A stretch of DNA of 46,927 nt. Origin: Chromera velia. Taxonomy: Eukaryota. Shown here one piece after another: positions 10,184 through 21,234 of the stretch. Numbering within the stretch: position 1 is the stretch's first letter; each line of letters starts with the position of its first letter. Below the pieces are notes generated by a model, which saw nothing but the letters and a program-made list of their open reading frames with translations, was not told where the DNA came from and searched no databases. A program made the translations under genes and the position numbers. The stretch is from NCBI GenBank assembly GCA_018398765.1, contig JAHBMJ010000511.1, positions 1 through 46,927 of the forward strand, given 5' to 3'.

Positions 10184-13100
10184 CTAACAGGTTGCAACAC
10201 CGAATCTGGCATGAAAGAAGGAACGCCGAAGAATCTCATGAAAGGAAGAACAGAGAAGAGAAGAAAAGAGAATCGAAATGAAAAAATTGGAAGGACGAGA
10301 ACGCAAACGTTGAGGATGAGTATTGACACGAAGAGATGCATGTGCACTTGTGAAAGGATGGGGGAGAGGGCAGAGAGACGGGGAAAGAGCAAGACATGCC
10401 CTGAAAATCTCATTCGGGTATCTTCTACTCTTTCTCCCTGTTCTTCGTTGCGACAATGAATCTTTTCGCTCTCTTTCGATGCATGCCATGCTTCTCTGCC
10501 CCGTCTTTTTTTGTCTTCTGACCTTCCTCATTTGCACCGTTGTCTGTATGCGTGTCAGCCCACAGAAGGGGGTTTTCCCGGTTGAGTTTTCATTTTTGTA
10601 CCGCTGCTTTTTGAATATTTTCTCAAAGGCACTCATTTGTGCCTTTCTAATAATGTCTGAATGTGGAAAGGGGGCGGGCCAGCAAACGGTTGCCCAGAGT
10701 CTTTGCGAAACCCCTCTGTCGTTTCTTTGGCCCCCTCGGGGGCATTGGTACAGTGCGTGCGTCAGCTCTATGCTGCCTGATGCTGTTGCTCTTGACTGTA
10801 AAAGCTGTCAGGTTCATGATAAGAGTGTCTGTGTCTGGGTTCGACTTTTGCATGCATGGTGAACAAATTCATGCTAACAGTTTTGCATAAGGGGGGGTAA
10901 CCGGTACACTCTGTATGCGAGGCAAAGAGAAGAAGAGAAAAGAACTGCACTGGCTTGCGTCTTCTCGGGGCGCGTAAGAATGGAAGGACAGCGAATTGGG
11001 GAGTCGTTTCTTCTTTTCCTTTTCATTTTTCTTCTCCTTTTTCTGCCAGTCAAACTTTCAATCTCTCTTTTTGAATCGACTTCTGTCTGTCGGTCCCACG
11101 AATGTTGGCTGTCCTTTAAAATTCAAAAGTAATCTGACTGTGTTCGTCCTCGTAGGCTGCGATATCCGTTTACTTCCCATTTTTCTTCTATTTTCCTCCC
11201 TTCCTTCGGTGCTCTTGCAAGCACGCCTGGAGGGTGGCTAAGAGAATTCAAGCAGCGGCACAGACCGCCCCATCTGTTTTGTATCCTTTGGTCGACTCAT
11301 CTTTTTTCTTCGTGCAATTGAAAGGGTCTGTGATGGAGTAAGGGGTTTTGCCTTGACGTATGGGACAGCGTGTGATGACGTGTGTGTGTCAAAAGATTTG
11401 CTTGTGTTTGTCTGTCCTTATTTTGGGTTGGGGCAGTCCTGCCCCGGGACTGATCTGCCAGCAGTGCACAGGTCGGCCGCTTCTGTTTGGGGGGAACGGA
11501 CAAGAGCAAAATCTAGGAGCAAAATCCAAAAACAAAGGCATGCAGACGTCTGAAAGCTTGGGGCATGATTGGCGTGTCGGAGAGAGAGAAAGGAAGGAAG
11601 GAGGGAAGGAAGAGCGTTTGAGGAGGAGTTGAACGGACCCGCGTGATGCTTCAAGAGACGGAGCTTTGAAAGAGGTCCATAAGTTGCCTTTCTCCTTACC
11701 TTGTTTCTTTTTTTTTGTTTTCCGAAGGACAACTGAGGAATCAACAGAAAGGGATCTGTTCCTCATTGGCACGGCATCATAAATTGACTGGTTGTGTGTC
11801 TTCCCTTCTCGACAGTTGGGGTCGAGAGCGCAATGAAAGAGTCGTGAATGGAAAGGATGGTGAAGGAAAGGGTCTTTATTTTTCTGTTCCCTTCCTTTGT
11901 CTTTCTTCGTAGGTGCAAATTTGTTTGTTCGTTTTCTTGTCCGTTGAGTCTCGATAGAGCTTCATGGTGGAGTCGAGGGCGGGAGGAGATGAGCCGGGTT
12001 CTTCGGTCGGACGAGGTGTCCAGTACTCATCGTTGGTTTCCGTTTTTCTTTCACATTTCCCCTCGCTGATACAGTATGCAAAAACGATTTAAATTTTTTC
12101 TTCCCCCTTCAATTTTGTACTTCATGGAGGGGGGAAAAGAAGGGAATGCAGGAGGGATATTTCCTTTCGACCGATCGGGTGGGTGTCTGGTAGACAAGCT
12201 GAGGAAATCGGCTGGTTGTTCGCGTGTCCATCTGTGTGTCCTTCGGTTTTCATTTTCCATCGATCTCTCTGAGGAGAGAGAGAGGTGTAGGGGGATTTGT
12301 TAGGGGTCTCTCCAGCGGAGACCCTCATGCAGGGTGACTCGTTTTTGACTCGTTCCCTCTTGTCCCCGCATGCATTTTTCTTCGGGAACAGAAGAGGGGT
12401 GGCGGGAGTTCTCTTCCTTTCTCTTTCGTATATTAACGAAGAGGAAACGATCCAAACAGCTCTTTTCCTTGAAAGGATACACTGCAGTGCCTTGCCATGT
12501 CTTGGGCTGTGCTGGCTGCCCTTAATTAGCTCTGTTCCAACGAACTGAATTCACTGATCTCCAGGAGGCCCTCTCTCTCTGTCCCCTTCCTCGCTGGCCG
12601 ATGAAGTCCGGGGGGGATGGGAGGAAGTAAGAGGGCCTTTTAACTGATCAGCAGGTTTATAACTTTGAAGTGCATGAAAGAAATGTGGGTGCAAATTCAT
12701 CTTCTCTTGATAAATGCGTGTGGCGAATTCACCATGTACGATCGTGTCTCTCTGTCCGTTGCGATAACCGATGCCTGCAATCGAGGGGCAGCTTTGTATA
12801 TGTTGTGCACATACAGGCGCGCGCGTACACACACACACACACTTACAAGGGGGGGGGGGAATGGCGAGAGAAAGAGAGAGAGAGAGAAGCTGTTGGGTTT
12901 GGTTCATTTATTCTTTCTGTGTGATCAGACGTGATTGGAGGTCCTTCGGTCTGCTGATGAAAACATCAACTGGATCGATCAGCAGACAGCGGAGCTCAAT
13001 TGAAAACTGTGTGCATCATTGAATCTAGCATTGAATTCGTAATTATGCCGAGGGTAAGATGGATCTCTGACCAGTCCATCCATTTTGATCCATCGGTCAG

Positions 13101-13387
13101 TCAGGTTGTTCTTGAATGCCTTTCTGCAAGTCAGTGTTCTGCGAAGCAGTCTGAACCGGTCCATTGTATGTCACGTCGTGCAGGAAGTGGCAATCACTGC
13201 CAGTCAGTGGATGCGTAGAGTGCATGTGATTGTGTATGTATATCTGTGATTATAAGGTATAGTCTAGGGTATAGAAATTAAGGTACGGTATCCCTCAGTC
13301 TCTCGACGTCTGATACATATCCAAATCTGTCTGCACATGTATATTTATCTTTTGTATTTAAATCTAACAATCTGCTTTGCCTGTTCT

Positions 13388-13595
13388 AACCTCCCTGAAC
13401 CTAGTAAGTACCGCTTGAAAAAATATAATCAAGATGATCTCTATCTGCAGCATCGTTTTTCAAGAGACCGTCCAGATATGCGGCTGTGCATAACTTTCAA
13501 GACACCGTAAATGATCCGCGCCTGCGGCGCGAACTTTCCAGCCTATCCAAGAATGCGGCTTAAACTTTCAAGTGGTAGTTAGGTTCAGGGAGGTC
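13388..13595. mobile_element. MITE (208 bp) with terminal inverted repeats and 8-bp TSD
   Basis: ACCTCCCTGAACCTA (13389-13403) and TAGGTTCAGGGAGGT (13580-13594) form a perfect 15-bp inverted repeat. Direct repeat CCTGTTCT flanks it at 13380-13387 and 13596-13603. Confidence 0.85.
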
Positions 13596-15530
13596 CCTGT
13601 TCTGACCTACTGAATGTCAGATGCTTACTGATAAATCTTATACAATATCAATATTGTGTCATCCTAAAAAGGGTGACATCGTCTATTTTTAGGCAGAACC
13701 ACCAAAATCTTAACTAGGGTTTTAATAGGTTTTAAGAGTTACCCATTTAGATTTAATAATTAATTGGACGACCACAAAGCCATCCAAATTTGCATAATAG
13801 TCTTAAATTGAAGACGTGGCAGCGTTTGCAGAGCTTTGAGCTAGGGTTTAAGACGGCTGTTTATGAGGCTGCTTAAGTGTTTTTTAGTGTCTTCTTCGCA
13901 TATTTTGGGGTATCACTGACTAAGCGTCGTTAGATGTCATCGATTTTACTCACGTGAGTTATATTTATAATTTAGTTCGGGTACGTCTATGTGCCGGCTA
14001 CACTAAACATGGCCAGCCCTGCGTGGTTAGTGTTGGTCTGTTTTGTAGCGTTTAATAAATTTTAATGAGGTTCTGTAAGGGATTGTGAGGGGTGCCACTG
14101 GGTGGGGGGATTTCTTTTTACTTCCGCGTGCAAAGCGTGCGCGCTCACTTGTATTAATAATTTTTTTTTTTTTCAATAAACAAAAATGGCCAGCTCCATG
14201 TAATTATATAACCTGCATGCCACTGCATGAGCTGCATGCGTGTGACTCCATCACTCGACGATTGATTCCTTTTACCAGTTGTATATGCATACATTCATTC
14301 TTTTCTGTTGCCCGACTTTCCGTTGACGTCGCTGACCGCGTGCATCATTACCAGTGGACATCGTTGTTCGGGATCTGGCAGGGGCTTCTCTTCTACGTTG
14401 TTTTCATCAGCGACTCAACATGCTAAAGACTGCCCATACTTGCAGCAGAGCCTAGAGCAGAGGGGTGTGTGCCACCAGACTTAGATGCAGGAATGCTGTA
14501 CAGTACTGGAAAACGGTTTCTGTCAGATTCGGGCTCACTGTGCCCAGGCACTGCAGGTAGGCGGAAACAAAAGGATCCTCAAGCACATTCAGTCTGAACC
14601 AGATCCGTCTCCTACCGCTGTTGTCCCTGCGCCCCCTTCAGTAACAAATGTCGTTCCTGTACCAGAAAGCGAGGGAGTGCATATCGCCATCAACGCAGAC
14701 ATTTCTCCATCCATGTTGCCTCAGGGGAGGCAGAGAATCGACGCAACTCATGGTCCATACGTGGGTCTCTCTTTTCCCCAACGCACAGCCATACATGCCC
14801 TCCTCAGCAGTATTTCTTGCACTTCCTGAATAAACTTCCTGATTGGCATGAGCTAGGGCACGAGTGCGTGTAGCTCATGTAAAAAACAAGGCTGAGTCCA
14901 GCAAACTGTTGTAGGTGTTCAGTTCGCACTCGTTCCCTTCAGTCCAGGGATTAGATTCTTCAGTGTTGCTACGATTTGCATTGGAAGCCACCCTCGAAAG
15001 AACACAGAATAGGACTGCATAGGCTAACTAAAGGTCTACGCTTCTTCTCCCAGACATTCTTCGATAATTGTCTTCACGTCTCCCTGCTCTTTTTTACTTG
15101 AGCTGCAGGAAATGGAGATGAACTTAACCAGGCAGAGCAGCTCCCTACTCTACAGGTATATGATCGCTATTCGATCGACGCTCGCCCCATGTCTTGTGTC
15201 CAACAGAAATTGCTGTTTATGGTATACATCTACTTGCATTTCTATATATTTCCATGCATTTCTTTCAATGTTGGCAAGATGGGTCTTGTTACAGTTTCTC
15301 TTATCTTTGTTTGTTTGTCATCTTTCCTTTTCTTTCTTTTCTATCTCTTTCTAACCTCAGCCTGTTCTTGTCTCTAGTGGTGCACATCAGTTCAGACTTG
15401 ATGGTCAATTTGATCGTTTTGGCGTGCAACTGCACTTTCAACAATGCGGCACACATCTCGAAATTCAATTAAAGAAGTGACTTTCCGATGGTTCCACACA
15501 AACAAAAAATAGCATCAAAATACTTCCTTC

Positions 15531-15549
15531 ATCTCTCTCTCTCTTTCTC

Positions 15550-15596
<47 letters not shown>

Positions 15597-15685
15597 GTGT
15601 GTGTGTGTGTGTGTGTATGTATATATGTGTGTGTGTGTGTGTGTATGTGTGTGTATGTGTGTGTATGTGTGTGAGTGAGTGAGTG
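15531..15685. repeat. Compound (CT)n(GT)n microsatellite
   Basis: Seen directly. Confidence 0.9.
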
Positions 15686-15792
15686 AGCATGTATGTGATC
15701 TGACTCTCTGCAGAACCGTAGACAGGTCCCCCCACAAACTCTTCCTCTGCACTCCGACTGATGCAGTTTCCAGCGGGATAGCAGAGACGCTG

Positions 15793-15918
15793 TCAGTTAG
15801 TAAGTCAGTCCGTCAGTCAGTCGTCGGTCCGTCAGTCAATCCATCTGTCCGCCCGCCCGCCAGTCAGTCAGTCAGTCAGGCAGGCAGGTAGGTAGTCAGT
15901 CAGTCAGTCAGTCCGTCA
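15793..15918. repeat. Degenerate (TCAG)n microsatellite
   Basis: Seen directly. Confidence 0.8.
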
Positions 15919-16324
15919 GACTTCCACTGTGTGACAGGGACTGCTAGATGTACATATGAGCGTGTACGGCTTTGAAGACTAGCTTTAAAGGATGATCTAT
16001 TGGTCGCATTCTGGTTAATTCATCAAGGCTTTGCATCGATAAATTTTTGATTACTGTAGTAAAGATGAAAGAAAACATGATTGAACCAAATCCAACAAAC
16101 GGATACCAAACGGATGCCACTCATCTATGCAGCCAGATGCACAGAAAGACTAACTTTCCATTCTTTCCTCTTCTCTTTCCTTAGAGTGCTCTGGACCTTC
16201 AACAATAAAGACAAACACAAATGAATGCAGGAAAAAGAAAAAAAGAAATAGAATGAATAAATTATAAAACATATGGAGGAAAGAACGACAGAAAGCCAGG
16301 TAGACAGGCGGATAGTCTAACGGA

Positions 16325-16402
16325 AAGACAGACAGACAGACAGATAGACAGAAAGACAGGCAGACAGGCAGGCAGGAAGACAGACACACAGACAGACAGA
16401 CG

Positions 16403-16433
<31 letters not shown>

Positions 16434-16483
16434 ATAGACAGACAGACAAAGAGACAGACAAACAGAGACAGACAGACAGACAA

Positions 16484-16558
<75 letters not shown>

Positions 16559-16560
16559 GA
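16325..16560. repeat. (AGAC)n microsatellite
   Basis: Seen directly. Confidence 0.95.
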
Positions 16561-16632
16561 TACATGCCCTTGTTTTGATACGAATTCGCGCAATTCATCT
16601 TCTTTGCTTCTCTTTGCAGGCTGCACCGCGAT

Positions 16633-16863
16633 TCATCTCTTATGGATTTTCCTTAGAAGTAGACCCTCAGGCAGGGCTGCGGGAAGGAGCGGCAGCCGCC
16701 GCAGCCAGACCAATGTCGGTTGTCACCCCCTTTGGAACCTTTGACAATGGAGCCAACGACAACAGATCTGAGGCGGCAGAGCCTCTGGTGAACGAAGAGG
16801 AGGGCGAGGAGACGTGCTGCCTTACCTGAGGGTCCACTTCTAAGGAAAATCCATGAGAGATGA
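16633..16863. repeat. 39-bp inverted repeat (37/39) with 153-nt spacer
   Basis: TCATCTCTTATGGATTTTCCTTAGAAGTAGACCCTCAGG (16633-16671) matches the reverse complement of 16825-16863. Confidence 0.92.
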
Positions 16864-17054
16864 GCGGACGGCATTTCTTAGCAGCATTTTGAAACACATC
16901 GAAGTGAACTACCGAGATTCTCCGCTCTCTCTCGTGAAGACAGAATCCGCCAAAAAGCTTGATCAACTTTGGGGAGGTTTTCTTTCGTTATGGGCCTCGG
17001 CTAGCAAAGCGGCTAAGAGCTTTTCCCTCTGAACTAGGTGCAGCGCTTCCATCA

Positions 17055-17957
17055 CAGGGTTGCTTTTCCAGTTGGTAACAGGTCTAGTCTACCGGCAATT
17101 GCCGGTAACCGGTAATGGCCTCAGTCTGCCTTCCTTTTACCGACAAAAAAAATAATAAAAATTAGGGTCCCAAAAAAAAAATTTCGCCTGCGGCGCCAAC
17201 CTTCAAAAACATGTTTTTAAGTGTTTATTGGCTAGGTTTATTAGCATTTGAAAAGCCTATTCACACACGCAACAAAAATATATATTTAAAAAATATAAAT
17301 TTTTACTATATAACTGCTTTAACCCTATAAGTGGCAAAAAGTTCTAACAGCTCTATGACAGCGTCTGTCCAACAACTACTCTCTTTTTTGACTTTGCTCC
17401 ATCTCTCACTGTTCTGCTTATTTACTTATGATTCTTTTATGTCTGCTTGCTTGCAGATAACAAATCTCTACCCCCCTGGGTCTCCGGAGTCAGAGACCCT
17501 TCGAAGCCTCAAACATCAGCTTTCAGCGGCGGGTCTTTCTTTGGAGGCTGGAGCAGTGGATTGGGGGGACCGCCCAAACTTTGAAGCAGACTCTTTCCAT
17601 TGTTGGAATCGCATGGGTGCATCTGTCTGGGCCAGTTGTGGTCATTGCGGCCAGCGGTTCTCTGTCTTTGAGCGCCAAGTGGAAGACGGGACCCATCGCT
17701 TTGACCTGCATCATCTTCAAGCACACTGGCCCCATAGCTGTTCCTACAGATGACGCATTGACTTTTTGAATTGATCTTAAGTCTAGCCTTAAGTGATTGA
17801 TTGATTGACCTATAACCTAGGACTTAGGTTATTGAAAAGTGTTAGTGACTGTTAGAATTCTGCAAAGTCTTTGCCAACTATCAGCAAACTCTGCCGGTAA
17901 TTACCGGTTACCGGTAATGAAGCTTGTCTACCGCCGAAAAAATCGGTAACCCTGTGA
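17055..17957 (+). mobile_element. Non-autonomous hAT-like DNA transposon relic (~0.9 kb)
   Basis: CAGGGTT...AACCCTG termini. Subterminal CCGGTAA/TTACCGG repeats at both ends. Flanking duplication TCCATCA (17048-17054 and 17959-17965; the right copy is offset by a few nt). Internal frame HCWNRMG...GQRFSVFERQVEDGTHRFDLHHL resembles a decayed hAT C-terminal dimerisation motif (W...ERxFS...R.R...L). Confidence 0.65.
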
Positions 17958-19134
17958 ATCCATCATGAGGTGCTGCACTTCTTGTCTCTCCTACAACAAC
18001 CAATCTTCCATTCTCTCCCCCCACTGAAGTTCCAAAACCTGAGGAACCTTTCCAAGTTCCCGTTCGGTCCCCCCCCTACAATCGAATACTGAATTCCATG
18101 CTCCAGACTCTGAATAACATTGTGAATTGCAGCCTGCCAGAGGTGTTCTTTCGTCTGTAGGGCAGAATGCACTCCTAAAATTCCCTGAACATCCTTTACA
18201 GTCACAAGACGGGGAAGGTGCGACGTCGATGTATGTGCTATCTTGGTGGTAGTCCTGTGGCAACGCTGGTTCAACCTCCCAAAGTGCCCTTCCCGAGTGA
18301 AGCTGCAACCCCCGTCCAGGGATAAGGCCAGGCATACATCAAACACAAAGCGAAATGGGTCACTCTCTGATCAAGGGACTGGTTCTTATGGCTTTCAGGC
18401 TTCTATATGCAGGAAAATTGCGCATTCAACCCAAGAGCAGACGAAACGCATGTCTGCATACACAATTGTACTGCAAAAGACTAGGCAAAAGACTTAGAAA
18501 GAAAGAAAGTTTCTCTGAAGTTTCTAACTATGCTCAGCAATTAAACATGTTGTCAATTCCGCAACACCGTACACAAAAAAAGGACAGGTGCGCCTGCCTC
18601 TCTCAAGAAAAGACCTGCTATGCGTTGCAGAGTTTATCGAGTCGCTTTCCAGCAGAGGTCCTGAAGAAGAGGCCGAAGCTAGGAAGGAACCTCCAGTAGT
18701 CGTCGCAAAGCTGCACGAGTAAGTTTTAAAGCATCCCGTTAAATGAGAGAGAAGCCAAGAGGGAAGAGCACGGCATGAAATGACTTGATTAGTGAAACAG
18801 TGATGAAGGATACAATTAAGTTCCAAATCTGTTGAGACAAGGAGGGCGAGTAGAAGAGCTTCAAGGACTAAGGGAGCTTTTAAGGAGGAGCTGCCAGAGG
18901 GGGAAACGAAGGCTAATTGCTTTTCATTTGTTGTCAAGCCTCGCATGGTTCCTTTTTTGCAGCACTTTCGACAGTTTGTATGCGTAGATCAGTACGTCTT
19001 TGAGCGACAGGAATGCTACGTTCACCCGTGCAGAGACCGGCGCACATACAAACGCACCCTCTCACACAGACTCAAGTATAGACAATAGGAAAGCAAATGA
19101 TAAACCCGCCTCCCCCACACACCCCAGCCAGAGA

Positions 19135-19149
19135 CGGAGAGACAGAGAA

Positions 19150-19194
<45 letters not shown>

Positions 19195-19380
19195 GAGAGA
19201 GACAGAGAGAGAGACAGAGAGAGAGACAGAGACAGAGACAGAGACAGAGACAGAAACAGAAACAGAGACAGAGATAGAGACAGAGACAGAGACAGAAACA
19301 GAGACAGAGACAGAGAGAGAGACGATATATTTCTTCTTCTTCTCCCTCCTTTTCTTCATGAATACAAAAGACAGAGAGAA

Positions 19381-19413
<33 letters not shown>

Positions 19414-19460
19414 GACAGAGACAGAGACAGAGACAGAGACAGAGAGAGAGACAGAGAGCA
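19135..19460. repeat. (AG)n/(AGAGAC)n microsatellite block
   Basis: Seen directly. Confidence 0.95.
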
Positions 19461-19983
19461 ATGCCATTTATGTGAAAGAGACTTACAAAGTATATGTAAG
19501 CACTGACGTGTCTGTGTATTGGCATAAGAACCAGAGACAGGGATTTGAGTTATTTGACAATGTTTGCGCTGGCCTGTCGATTGTTTCAAATCGGTCGAAG
19601 TCCTTTATGCCAGATTCGTTTATGCCCTGAAGCATGTATGATGGCTTCTTTTGCAGTCAAAAAGACAATACTGTGTTGAATTTCTTCCACACTGGTTGTT
19701 GCGTTGATATGATACAGGCATTCCCTCTCGATGGTTGCACTGCTTCGGTCAGCAGCATCCACCATCTCTTCTTTCTACATGTCGGTCCAGCACTGCAGTG
19801 CCGTCCGTACCCTTTGTCCTTCCTCATGTCACAGAATCAAGTGTATCTCGATGCAGTCATGGGATGAAACAATAGACATTCAAACAGTTGGATGGACACT
19901 CTCGAATACATATTTTGAGGGGAAGGGAGAGTGCTTGAGCTAGGTGCATATGTGTACACACATATACATACATAGACATACAT

Positions 19984-19987
<4 letters not shown>

Positions 19988-20023
<36 letters not shown>

Positions 20024-20151
20024 AGTCTCTCTCTCTCTCCCTCTCTCTCTCTCTCTCTCACTCACTCACTCACTCATTCACTCACTCACTAACTCACTCA
20101 CTCACAGAGAGAGGGAGAGAGAGCATGTTTGTGTATGTATATGCATTTGTA

Positions 20152-20198
<47 letters not shown>
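19988..20198. repeat. (CT)n, (CTCA)n, (GT)n microsatellite cluster
   Basis: Seen directly. Confidence 0.9.
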
Positions 20199-20200
<2 letters not shown>

Positions 20201-21152
20201 AAGAGAGAGAACAACACCTACGAGAGCTCTGCAAGTCTGCTGCTTGTTTGTTTGCGGTTGTGGATTGGTGTGGCTAGTGTGCCCTCCTCTGTTGGTAGAG
20301 GCAATGCCATAAGCACAAAAGCAGCTTATTTGCTGACTCTGCTTCTTATTACCTCCTTTCTCCCTGCAGTGTGTGGAGTGGCTCCACCATTCTCATGGTG
20401 AAGGGCTGAAATTTTAAGACGTGTAAGCGGTCTGCTTCCGTAACCCCTTTTCAGAGCTCCGTCGCACCTGCAAACCAATTTGAGTTAAGCATGGAAAGGA
20501 AGCTTTTTTTGACCTTTTGGGTTGATTTAAGGGGGGTGGGAAAGACGAATAAGTACATCAATCCGTGAGCGGCATGCCGCTTGATTCATAGATCATCGCA
20601 ATCAGACTGTGTGTCGTGTTGGCATTCTTTGCCGGTATTCTTTATTTAAGAGGGAGACAGGAAGGGGGACGGGGAGAAAAGAAACGACCATCTGCCTCTA
20701 GAGTCTAGACTGCCATGCGTCGATTCAGTTTGGAGTGCCGCTGTGTGGAGACTGCCGGAGACTTGGTAATTGTCTTCTGGGGTTTGCTCATATTGAGTGT
20801 AAACGGCGTTCTACTCCCTGTTAATTCCTTTCTGCACAGGAGCAATGAGAGTGTATGAAAGAGGGGTGCAGAGAGAGAAACAGTGAGTGGGTGAGTGAAT
20901 ATGGATAAAATGGAGAACAGAATGAGGGGACAAGGACAAGATAGTAAAAAGGCTGAGTGGACGCAAGAATTCGTAAGAGAACAAAAGAAGAGAAGAGAAG
21001 AGAAGAGAAGAGAAGAAGGAATCGAACAGGGAGATGAGAGAAGGGTGTCCTGTTTCCTTGTCAGCCGCGACAGTCTCAATCTGCAAGTGGCATCTGTATA
21101 TTCGCTTTCTTTGTCCCCTCATTGTTTGGCATACAAGGCTAAGACCTTTTAA

Positions 21153-21234
21153 ACAACACTTGTACAACACAGAAACAACAGTTATTTATTGATACAACAC
21201 TCATACAACACATGAACAACAGTTGTTTAGTGAT
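21153..21234. repeat. Two-copy 41-bp tandem repeat
   Basis: acaacacttgtacaacacagaaacaacagttatttattgat / acaacactcatacaacacatgaacaacagttgtttagtgat. Confidence 0.8.

Larger units (their letters stand above)
16825..19908 (-). pseudogene. Decayed multi-exon gene relic of unknown family, interrupted by the hAT-like element
   Basis: Protein-like minus-strand frames with scattered stops at ~19508-19908 (ending at a GTCAGT donor) and ~18335-16930. The frame ...EDWLL*ERQEVQHLMM|EALHLVQREKLLAALLAEAHNERK runs across the hAT insertion once the element and one TSD copy are removed. CAG|GTAAGG donor at ~16825. Confidence 0.4.

Noticed and set aside
12951..12985. CTGATGA within a short hairpin as a hammerhead ribozyme or snoRNA
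   Set aside because: No stem II/GAAA core geometry and no paired C/D boxes.
10184..13220. Short ORFs downstream of the PKS as tailoring or cluster genes
   Set aside because: Low-complexity purine/pyrimidine-skewed translations with no domain motifs. No biosynthetic cluster is evident.
14485..16829. Possible + strand multi-exon gene (acceptor/donor-like pieces at ~15108, 15377, 15713, 16619)
   Set aside because: I could not assemble a consistent stop-free model or recognise a family, so it is left unannotated.
19000..19630. RD/ET/SV/CL-repeat ORFs (similar ones at 15.5, 16.2, 20.0 and 25.2 kb)
   Set aside because: Translations of microsatellites.
21153..21234. Repeats as a CRISPR array (also 26046-26087 and 27527-28157)
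   Set aside because: Only two copies each, no repeat-spacer periodicity, no cas genes, eukaryotic context.
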